NCBI GenBank assembly: GCA_016293365.1
Contig: JAEDEK010000001.1
Coordinates: forward strand, 1 to 56,069
Source of the DNA: Bulleidia sp.
Lineage (GTDB): Bacteria > Bacillota_I > Bacilli_A > Erysipelotrichales > Erysipelotrichaceae
DNA: 56,069 nucleotides
Direction of reading: 5' to 3'
Notes under the pieces: model-generated
Seen by the model: the letters and a program-made list of their open reading frames with translations, nothing else
What the model was told of the DNA's origin: nothing
The model's database searches: none
In this document: in pieces, positions 11,028 through 18,429 of the stretch
Position numbering within the stretch: the stretch's first letter is position 1
Layout: the number at the start of each line of letters is the position of its first letter
Made by a program: the position numbers and the translations under genes

Positions 11028-11999
11028 ATGGAAGACAAACACTACACAAAGAAATGTACAATCCGTGAGATTGTTGATTTTTTCAAATTTGAACAGGTCA
11101 CTGGTGACGAGAGGGCACTGGATCGATGGACTGTTGTATCCGATGTCAACCGTCCAGGCTTTGAACTGTGCGGTTTCAATAAGATAACCGAGCCAAGAAG
11201 AATCGTCATTATTGGAAACAAGGAATCTGAGTTTATTCTCAATAACATGACAGAACAGCAGCAGAGGGAGCGTTTCCCGATGATTACAGATGGTCTTACA
11301 CCATGTGCCATCATCACAAAGGGAAATGAAGTTCCGCCGATTCTGAAAGAGGTCGCACAGCAGTCAAACTTCCCGATTCTGCTGACACATCTGGAAACAT
11401 ACCGCTGCATGACAGACCTGATCACGTTCCTGGATGAAAAGCTTGCACCGGAAGATACGATGAGCGGTGTATTGATGTCCATTCATGGAGTCGGTGTCAT
11501 GCTGACAGGTGAAAGCGGCATGGGTAAGTCCGAAGCTGCGATGGAACTGATCCGTAATGGTAATGTCATCATTTCTGATGACCGTGTGGATGTCATGCGT
11601 GTTCATAACAGCATCATCGGCAAAGCACCTGAAATACTGTACGGACTTCTGGAAATCAGAGGTATCGGTATCATCGATGTCGAAAAGATGTTCGGTGCCA
11701 TGGCAAGTGCCAGACAGGAGGAGCTGAAGCTTGTCATTCATCTTGTTCCATTTGAGCCGGATGCGGAATATAACAGAATCGGCGATGAAACAGTCCGGTA
11801 TACAAGAATTCTGGATGTGTTGATTCCAACGCTTGTTCTGCCTGTATCTGCCGGCAGAAATACAGCAGCTCTGATTGAGAGTGCCGTATCAGAATTCAAG
11901 CTGAAGATGGCAGGATTCAACAGTGCTGAAGAAATCAGACGCCGTTTCTATGAATATACAAAGAAACAGAGTGAAATGAATAAAGGAGACGCTCAATGA
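11028..11999 (+). CDS. hprK: HPr kinase/phosphorylase
   Basis: NRPGFEL N-terminal domain, Walker A GESGMGKSE, DDRVDV, signature LLEIRGIGII, PVSAGRN. Confidence 0.94.
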   Translation: MEDKHYTKKCTIREIVDFFKFEQVTGDERALDRWTVVSDVNRPGFELCGFNKITEPRRIVIIGNKESEFILNNMTEQQQRERFPMITDGLTPCAIITKGNEVPPILKEVAQQSNFPILLTHLETYRCMTDLITFLDEKLAPEDTMSGVLMSIHGVGVMLTGESGMGKSEAAMELIRNGNVIISDDRVDVMRVHNSIIGKAPEILYGLLEIRGIGIIDVEKMFGAMASARQEELKLVIHLVPFEPDAEYNRIGDETVRYTRILDVLIPTLVLPVSAGRNTAALIESAVSEFKLKMAGFNSAEEIRRRFYEYTKKQSEMNKGDAQ

Positions 12000-13342
12000 G
12001 TTTTTTTCCAGATCCATCAACGATTGTAAGTATCGGGGGTGTATCCCTGAAGTGGTCATTACTGACAACTGTACTTGGATGTATTCTTGGATTTCTGATG
12101 ATCTCAAGAAACTTCCGGAAAAACGGATATAAACAGACAACCACGGATGATCTTCTGATCCTCAGCGGAGCTGGCTGTATCATCGGTGGAAGAGCGGTAT
12201 GGGTGGTTGAAAACTGGCATTCCTATTCTCTGTATGCGTGGGGAATTCTTGAATTCAGTGATGGTGGATTTGATTATGCGGGAATTCTGCTTGGAATCCT
12301 GGTGGCGGTCGGATGTTATACATTCACACATCGCATGTCCTATCGAAGAACATGTGATGCGATTCTGCCAGGCGCCATTACAGCCATTGCTTTCTCACGC
12401 ATCGGAAAGATTCCGGAAGCGGAAAACATGTGGATGATTGTTGCCATGGATGCGGTGGTACTGCTGATCCTGTATTTCGGGGTACGTCCATTCCATGAAG
12501 GTAAGCGCAGAGGAGATATGACCTCAGTGGCATTGATGCTGGCGGGAATCGTCCAGCTGATCAGCTGTACATTTCACCTTGATCCATCAACCAATTCCAG
12601 TGTCATCGCACCTAGCCTTGCCATGCTTTCTGGTCTTGGCATGTATCTGGCAACACATTCATTGCCGATTGTAAAGCCGGTCGTTCTGTTTGATTTTGAC
12701 GGAACGTTAATGGACAGTGAATATCTGGTCATTAACGGGTTTGCCTATCTGTTCAAAAAACACAGAACACTGGAAGAATTTACCCGAGAAATCCAAAGGG
12801 AAGTTTTTCTTCATCCTCTTCGAGAAGAACTGGCAAGACTGTTTCCGGAGGAAAATACGGAAGTACTTGCCCGTGAATACAGAAATTATATGAAAGGAAT
12901 TCAGGGAAGACATCTGGTGGAAACGCTACCGCATGTCAGAGAAACCCTGAAGCAGCTGAAGGACTCAGGATATGTCCTGGGGATTGTTACAGGCAGATAT
13001 ACGGATTCGTGTATGATGTGGCTGGAAGATCTTCTGATTGACCAGTACTTCGATATTGTGGCAGGTACGGAAACATACCGTCACACAAAACCTTCTCCTG
13101 ACGGTATTCTGCATACCTGCGAAATGCTGAAGGTGGGACATGATTCTGTTGTCTATGTAGGAGATGGTGTCAAGGATGTACAGGCAGGAAGAAATGCCGG
13201 TGTCTATACAGTTGCCTTTGTTACAAATGAAGATAAGCGAAACGCGCTGGAGAAGGCATCTCCAAATGCTGTGATGAACTCCTTTGATGAACTGCCGGAA
13301 ATCCTTTCCAAGCAGAATGCATGGAGTGCAGATCTTTACTGA
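11996..13342 (+). CDS. Fusion of a degenerate Lgt-like membrane domain and a HAD-family phosphatase (PpaX-like)
   Basis: N-terminal about 225 aa resembles Lgt (IIGGRAVWV, DGG, D...PG......SRIG); C-terminal HAD domain has FDFDGTL, VTGR, KPSPD, GDGVKD; sits at the usual hprK-lgt-ppaX locus. Confidence 0.8.
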   Translation: MSFFPDPSTIVSIGGVSLKWSLLTTVLGCILGFLMISRNFRKNGYKQTTTDDLLILSGAGCIIGGRAVWVVENWHSYSLYAWGILEFSDGGFDYAGILLGILVAVGCYTFTHRMSYRRTCDAILPGAITAIAFSRIGKIPEAENMWMIVAMDAVVLLILYFGVRPFHEGKRRGDMTSVALMLAGIVQLISCTFHLDPSTNSSVIAPSLAMLSGLGMYLATHSLPIVKPVVLFDFDGTLMDSEYLVINGFAYLFKKHRTLEEFTREIQREVFLHPLREELARLFPEENTEVLAREYRNYMKGIQGRHLVETLPHVRETLKQLKDSGYVLGIVTGRYTDSCMMWLEDLLIDQYFDIVAGTETYRHTKPSPDGILHTCEMLKVGHDSVVYVGDGVKDVQAGRNAGVYTVAFVTNEDKRNALEKASPNAVMNSFDELPEILSKQNAWSADLY

Positions 13343-13348
13343 ACAGAC

Positions 13349-13377
13349 AAAAGAGATCTTTCACGGGTCTCTTTTTC
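13349..13377 (+). terminator. Intrinsic terminator after the hprK operon
   Basis: AAAAGAGATCT / GGGTCTCTTTT stem ending in a T run. Confidence 0.7.
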
Positions 13378-13447
13378 TGATATATATTGAATAAGGACAG
13401 GGAAAATATGTTTCCTTATTCATGGAACAAAGGTAAAATAGGGACGG

Positions 13448-14329
13448 GTGATGATGATGGAAAATATGAAACGCGTAATACTTGTAACAGGAATGAGCGG
13501 TGCCGGAAAGAGTACCGCAACAAGAATTCTTGAAGACATGGGATATCATGTCATTGATAATTATCCGGTTCAGCTTGTATCACTGCTTGTTGATATGATT
13601 GAAACAAGCACGGATCCAAGGTATTCCTTTATCGCACTTTCCACTTCTGCACAGGATTTCCCGGAATTTCTGCGGGGACTCAAGGGACAGAACATATCCG
13701 TATCTGTCATGTTCCTGGATGCGGCGGACTCTGTTCTTCTGCACCGCTATAAGAGTACAAGAAGAACCCATCCTCTTCTGTTGAGCAATACATGCAACAC
13801 ACTGGATGAGGCGATTTCTGTGGAACGTCAGATGTTTACATCCGCAATCAACAGCTCCTTTATCACCATTGATACATCCTTTCTGAGTGAAAAGGAATTC
13901 AAGAAAAAGATTGAACAGATGTTCTCGAGGAATTCCGTTCCTTCTTTTTCCATTTCCTTTGAATCATTCGGTTATAAATACGGCGTGCCGATGGATGCGG
14001 ATCTGATGGTGGATGTCAGATTTCTTCCGAACCCGTTCTGGGAAATTACATTGCGTCCATACAACGGAAATGATGCCTGCGTATATGACTACGTCATGGA
14101 AAAACCTGAAACAAAGGAATTCCTGAAAAGACTTTCTTCTTTCCTGGACTATGCTTTTGAGCAGTATGCCAATGAAGGAAAGAATCATTTTACTGTAGCG
14201 ATCGGTTGCACAGGTGGTCAGCATCGATCCGTCTCCATTACAAACTGGCTGTATGACCACTATAAAAACAGTTACAACTGTTATAAGCAGCATAGAGAAG
14301 AAAAGATGTGGATAAGAGATGAAGCATAA
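13448..14329 (+). CDS. rapZ: RapZ/YvcJ-family nucleotide-binding protein
   Basis: VTGMSGAGKS, TRRTHPL, SFGYKYG, DVRFLPNPFW, IGCTGGQHRSV; exact start uncertain (GTG 13448 or an ATG between 13451 and 13466). Confidence 0.93.
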   Translation: MMMMENMKRVILVTGMSGAGKSTATRILEDMGYHVIDNYPVQLVSLLVDMIETSTDPRYSFIALSTSAQDFPEFLRGLKGQNISVSVMFLDAADSVLLHRYKSTRRTHPLLLSNTCNTLDEAISVERQMFTSAINSSFITIDTSFLSEKEFKKKIEQMFSRNSVPSFSISFESFGYKYGVPMDADLMVDVRFLPNPFWEITLRPYNGNDACVYDYVMEKPETKEFLKRLSSFLDYAFEQYANEGKNHFTVAIGCTGGQHRSVSITNWLYDHYKNSYNCYKQHREEKMWIRDEA

Positions 14330-15269
14330 ACATATCGTTGTGATCGGCGGGGGACATGGTCAGTCGGCGATCTGCAGGGGAATCAAGAATATTCCTGATG
14401 TGGATATTTCCGCGATTGTAACAGTGGCGGATGATGGTGGTTCCACCGGCAGACTCAGACGCCGTTTTCATATTCCTGCCATGGGGGATATCCGTAATGT
14501 CATGATTTCACTGGCTGAAAGTGAGACTCTGATGACGGATATCATGAACTACAGATTTGATGATCCGGATGGTTCTGAAACAGATATTTCCGGGCATAAT
14601 CTCGGCAACCTGATTCTGACTGCCCTGACCCAGCAGACAGGCTCTTTCATGGAGGCAGTCAGTGAGATTCAGAAGGTTCTGAATGTCAGAGGCAAGATCA
14701 TTCCAGCTACAAGCCAGGTCATTACCCTGCTTGCGGAAATGGAAGATGGTGTTGTCGTCAAAGGTGAGGCAAATATTCCAACACGCGCCAACCGTATTTC
14801 ACGTGTTTTTTATGATCAGCCGGTTCATGCGGAATCGGAAGCAATTGAAGCAATCCGTCAGGCTGACCTGATCATCTATGGTATCGGCTCTGTGTATACA
14901 AGTATTCTGCCGAACGTCATCATTCCTGAAATTCAGCAGGAACTGATGAAGGCAAAGGCACGCAAGGTTTATTTCTGCAATGCGATGACACAGCCTGGAG
15001 AAACAGATGGGTACTGTCTGGAGGAGCATGTGGCTGCTCTGAGAAGTCATGGGGTACCGGTTGATGCGGTGATCACATCAACAGAAATCATTCCAGAGGA
15101 CATCCTTGTCAGTTATTACAGGCAGGGAAGTACTCCAGTTTATATTCGTGATGGTCAACACGATTATGAAATCATCCGCAGATCTCTTCTGATTTTCAAA
15201 GACGGACTCATCCGTCATGATCCGAAGCAGATTCAGGCGGTCATATCAGACCTGGTAAAGGAGTTGTAA
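14319..15269 (+). CDS. yvcK: YvcK/GlmR (UPF0052) UDP-GlcNAc-binding protein
   Basis: VVIGGGHG, VTVADDGGSTG, GDIRN, GHNLGNL, NAMTQPGET; conserved position between rapZ and whiA. Confidence 0.93.
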   Translation: MKHKHIVVIGGGHGQSAICRGIKNIPDVDISAIVTVADDGGSTGRLRRRFHIPAMGDIRNVMISLAESETLMTDIMNYRFDDPDGSETDISGHNLGNLILTALTQQTGSFMEAVSEIQKVLNVRGKIIPATSQVITLLAEMEDGVVVKGEANIPTRANRISRVFYDQPVHAESEAIEAIRQADLIIYGIGSVYTSILPNVIIPEIQQELMKAKARKVYFCNAMTQPGETDGYCLEEHVAALRSHGVPVDAVITSTEIIPEDILVSYYRQGSTPVYIRDGQHDYEIIRRSLLIFKDGLIRHDPKQIQAVISDLVKEL

Positions 15270-15270
15270 G

Positions 15271-16248
15271 TTGTCATTTTCCGCTGAAGTGAAACAGGAA
15301 GTTGCTTCCAAAATCATGGAAGGCAACGATGCGAGAGCTGAGCTGTCAGCTCTGATTCAGATGAACTCCTCCCTTTCTTTTTCCAGCCAGGGCATGACGA
15401 TTCTTGTTACAGTGGAAAATGCAGCTGTGGCAAGAACGATTTATCGTCTCGTCAAGGAGAGGTACGGGGGAGAGATTTCTCTGTTTGTCAAACGCAAGAT
15501 GAATCTGAAGAAAAACAGAGTCTATGGACTGCGTATTCTTTCCGGTGCACCGGTCATTCTGACGGATCTTGGACTGTATTCCAGTCGTGGACTTCTGGAA
15601 AGACCGCTGCGCAGAATCATCGAAACAGATTCCAATGCCAGAGCTTATCTTGCCGGGGCATTTCTGGCTTCAGGTTCCGTCAATCCGCCGGAAACCACAA
15701 ACTACCATCTGGAAATAACGGCTGCAGGGCCTGAACAGGCAGATTTCATGGTGGAACTGATGGAGCGTTTTGATATCCATGCCAAAGTGACACAGCGGCG
15801 TGGCAAGTCTGTTGTCTATGTCAAATCAGCTGAAAAGATTGCGGATTTCATGCGAATCATCGAGGCATCTCAGGCGGTGATGAATTTTGAAAACATCCGT
15901 ATTTCCAGAGATTTCACCAACAGCATTACACGTCTGAACAATGTGGATATCGCCAACGAGATGAGAGTGCGTGTTGCAGCGGCTGAGCAGCTGGAAGATA
16001 TCCGTTATCTGGAAGAAACAGGCCAGGTAGATCTGCTGCCTCGCACACTGAAGGAAGCTGTGGTATTACGTAAGGAATTTCCGGATAGTTCCTACACGGA
16101 ACTGGCGGAAATATATAATGAAAGAACCGGAAGTTCTACAGGGAAATCCGGTATCAGACACAGATACATACGTCTGCATGACCATGTGCAGAAACTGAAA
16201 GAAGGCAGGAAAGGAAGTGAGATGAATGATCGTAAAGGCAGTCGCTGA
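15271..16248 (+). CDS. whiA: WhiA-family DNA-binding protein
   Basis: MSFSAEVKQE start (TTG after AAGGAG), AYLAGAFLASGSVNPP..YHLEI, C-terminal HTH. Confidence 0.93.
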   Translation: MSFSAEVKQEVASKIMEGNDARAELSALIQMNSSLSFSSQGMTILVTVENAAVARTIYRLVKERYGGEISLFVKRKMNLKKNRVYGLRILSGAPVILTDLGLYSSRGLLERPLRRIIETDSNARAYLAGAFLASGSVNPPETTNYHLEITAAGPEQADFMVELMERFDIHAKVTQRRGKSVVYVKSAEKIADFMRIIEASQAVMNFENIRISRDFTNSITRLNNVDIANEMRVRVAAAEQLEDIRYLEETGQVDLLPRTLKEAVVLRKEFPDSSYTELAEIYNERTGSSTGKSGIRHRYIRLHDHVQKLKEGRKGSEMNDRKGSR

Positions 16249-17140
16249 GCAGATTCCGGAAATCAGACAGGTGTGGAAAACATGCTTTCCGGAAGAAAAC
16301 ACCGGTTATATTGATTTCTATTTTAAAAACTGTTTCAGGCCGGAAGACTGTTTTGTGATGATAAAAGAAGGAAAGATCGTTTCCATGGCGGTCCGGGCAC
16401 CTCATGCCCTTATGTTCAATGGCAGAGTATTACGGACAAGCATGATCCTTGGTGTAGCAACCCTTCCGGAATACCGTCATCATGGATATATGCATGATAT
16501 TCTGAATATCATCATGGATGCCTGCGAACATACGGAACTTGTCACTCTGATCAGAACAGAAACACCTGCTTTATATGAACCGTATGGATTCCGTTATATC
16601 TATTACCGTACACAGTACAGGCTGCAGCGTTCCGACGTGCACAGAGTCACCAACTTCGGCTGTGCCTATGATCCCGGTTCACTTGATCTGATGAAGGTAT
16701 ACAGTGCCTTTATCAGAAGATTCAATGGTTTCTACCCAAGAGATCTGGACTATTTCATCCGTTTGAAAAAGGAAGTCAATGCACGGGGCGGAAAGATTGT
16801 AGCCTATTACAACGGCAGGGATCAGATCCAGGGATATATCGTCATGATTCCTGCTGGAGATCAGATCATGGCAGAGGAAATCGTCTATCTTGATTCTGTC
16901 GCACTGCTGAAACTGTGTAATGCAGCACTGGCAGAAAAGAATACTGTCAATCTGTTTGTATCTGCTGCAGAGGATCTTTCCGTTGCCTTTCCAAGAGCGC
17001 AGAAAACAACATTCCCGTCTACGATGGTCAGATTGAATGATGCATCGCTGTTTTCCAAGGTATTCCATGCGGAAGTCAGTGATGTGGAATCAGCGTTTGC
17101 TTTGACAAAACGGCCGCTGAATCTCAACGAGTGGGAGTGA
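16226..17140 (+). CDS. GNAT acetyltransferase (Eis-like tandem GNAT)
   Basis: GVATLPEYRHHGYM acetyl-CoA motif and LYEPYGF; second GNAT-like half; overlaps whiA by 23 nt. Confidence 0.75.
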   Translation: MIVKAVAEQIPEIRQVWKTCFPEENTGYIDFYFKNCFRPEDCFVMIKEGKIVSMAVRAPHALMFNGRVLRTSMILGVATLPEYRHHGYMHDILNIIMDACEHTELVTLIRTETPALYEPYGFRYIYYRTQYRLQRSDVHRVTNFGCAYDPGSLDLMKVYSAFIRRFNGFYPRDLDYFIRLKKEVNARGGKIVAYYNGRDQIQGYIVMIPAGDQIMAEEIVYLDSVALLKLCNAALAEKNTVNLFVSAAEDLSVAFPRAQKTTFPSTMVRLNDASLFSKVFHAEVSDVESAFALTKRPLNLNEWE

Positions 17141-17149
17141 AACTGAAAC

Positions 17150-17184
17150 GGGATATGCATGCAGTTTGTGCATATCCTTTCTTT
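17150..17184 (+). terminator. Intrinsic terminator of the rapZ operon
   Basis: GGATATGCA / TGCATATCC stem followed by TTTCTTT. Confidence 0.75.
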
Positions 17185-17228
17185 TCCGGAATTATTTGTG
17201 AAAAAACAGATAAATGAAAGATTGTGAA

Positions 17229-17257
17229 TTGACGATGGTTCGGGGAAATTCTATAAT
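17229..17257 (+). promoter_or_regulatory. Sigma-A promoter of gap
   Basis: TTGACG-17nt-TATAAT. Confidence 0.85.
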
Positions 17258-17293
17258 TAACATGCAACATAAGGAGGTCTATAAAAAGACAAT

Positions 17294-18325
17294 ATGACAG
17301 ATGTAAGAGTTGCTATTAATGGTTTTGGCCGTATTGGCCGTCTTGCTTTCAGACAGATGTTTGAAGCTGAAGGATATGAAGTTGTTGCTATCAACGACCT
17401 GACATCCCCACACATGCTTGCTCACCTTCTGAAGTACGACTCCTCCCAGGGCCGTTACGTTGGAATCGGACATGAAAGCGATGTTACAGCTGATGACGAA
17501 GCTGGAACAATCACAGTTAAGGGCAAGACAATCAAGATCTACAAGGAACCAGATGCAAACAACTGCCCATGGGGTGAACTGAATGTAGACGTAGTTCTGG
17601 AATGCTCCGGTTTCTACACATCCAAGGCAAAGGCACAGGCTCACATCAATGCTGGTGCTAAGAAGGTTGTTATCTCCGCTCCTGCAGGAAATGACTTACC
17701 AACAATCGTTTACAATGTAAACCATGAAACACTGACAGCTGATGACAAGATCATCTCTGCTGCATCCTGCACAACAAACTGCCTGGCTCCAATGGCAAAG
17801 GCTCTGAACGACCTTGCTCCAATCGAATCCGGTATCATGTGCACAATTCACGCTTACACAGGTGATCAGATGATCCTCGACGGACCACAGAGAAAGGGCG
17901 ACCTGAGAAGATCCAGAGCTGGTGCAGTCAACATCGTTCCTAACTCCACAGGTGCTGCAAAGGCTATCGGTCTTGTAATTCCTGAACTGAACGGCAAGCT
18001 GATCGGTGCTGCTCAGCGTGTTCCAACTCCTACAGGATCCACAACACTGTTATTCGCAGTTGTTGACAAGGCTGTAACAAAGGATGAAATCAACGCTGCT
18101 ATGAAGGCTGCTGCTACAGAATCCTTCGGTTACAATGAAGAAGAAATCGTATCTTCCGACATCGTTGGTATGACATACGGTTCCCTGTTCGATGCTACTC
18201 AGACAATGGTTTCCCCATTAGCTGACGGCAAGACACAGGTTGAAGTTGTTTCCTGGTACGACAACGAAAACTCCTACACATCTCAGATGGTTCGTACAAT
18301 CAAGTACTTCGCAAACGTTAAGTAA
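17294..18325 (+). CDS. gap: Glyceraldehyde-3-phosphate dehydrogenase (type I)
   Basis: [17 protein letters not shown] active site, SWYDNE; strongly biased codon usage; SD AAGGAGGT. Confidence 0.99.
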   Translation: MTDVRVAINGFGRIGRLAFRQMFEAEGYEVVAINDLTSPHMLAHLLKYDSSQGRYVGIGHESDVTADDEAGTITVKGKTIKIYKEPDANNCPWGELNVDVVLECSGFYTSKAKAQAHINAGAKKVVISAPAGNDLPTIVYNVNHETLTADDKIISAASCTTNCLAPMAKALNDLAPIESGIMCTIHAYTGDQMILDGPQRKGDLRRSRAGAVNIVPNSTGAAKAIGLVIPELNGKLIGAAQRVPTPTGSTTLLFAVVDKAVTKDEINAAMKAAATESFGYNEEEIVSSDIVGMTYGSLFDATQTMVSPLADGKTQVEVVSWYDNENSYTSQMVRTIKYFANVK

Positions 18326-18342
18326 TTGTTCATTTGTACACG

Positions 18343-18374
18343 AAAAGACGGTTCTTTATGAACTGTCTTTTTTT
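18343..18374 (+). terminator. Intrinsic terminator of gap
   Basis: AAAAGACGGTTC / GAACTGTCTTTT stem followed by a T run. Confidence 0.85.
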
Positions 18375-18378
18375 ATGT

Positions 18379-18407
18379 TTGAAAAACGCATGATTTCCCA
18401 ATAAAAT
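18379..18407 (+). promoter_or_regulatory. Sigma-A promoter for the XRE-RCC1/GYF_2 unit
   Basis: TTGAAA-17nt-TAAAAT, followed by SD GAGGAGGAG. Confidence 0.6.
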
Positions 18408-18429
18408 ATAATATTGAGGAGGAGTCATT

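Noticed and set aside
17196..17228. Two TTGTGAA sequences upstream of the gap promoter resembling Rex half-sites
   Set aside because: They are direct repeats without the inverted TTCACAA partner needed for a Rex box.
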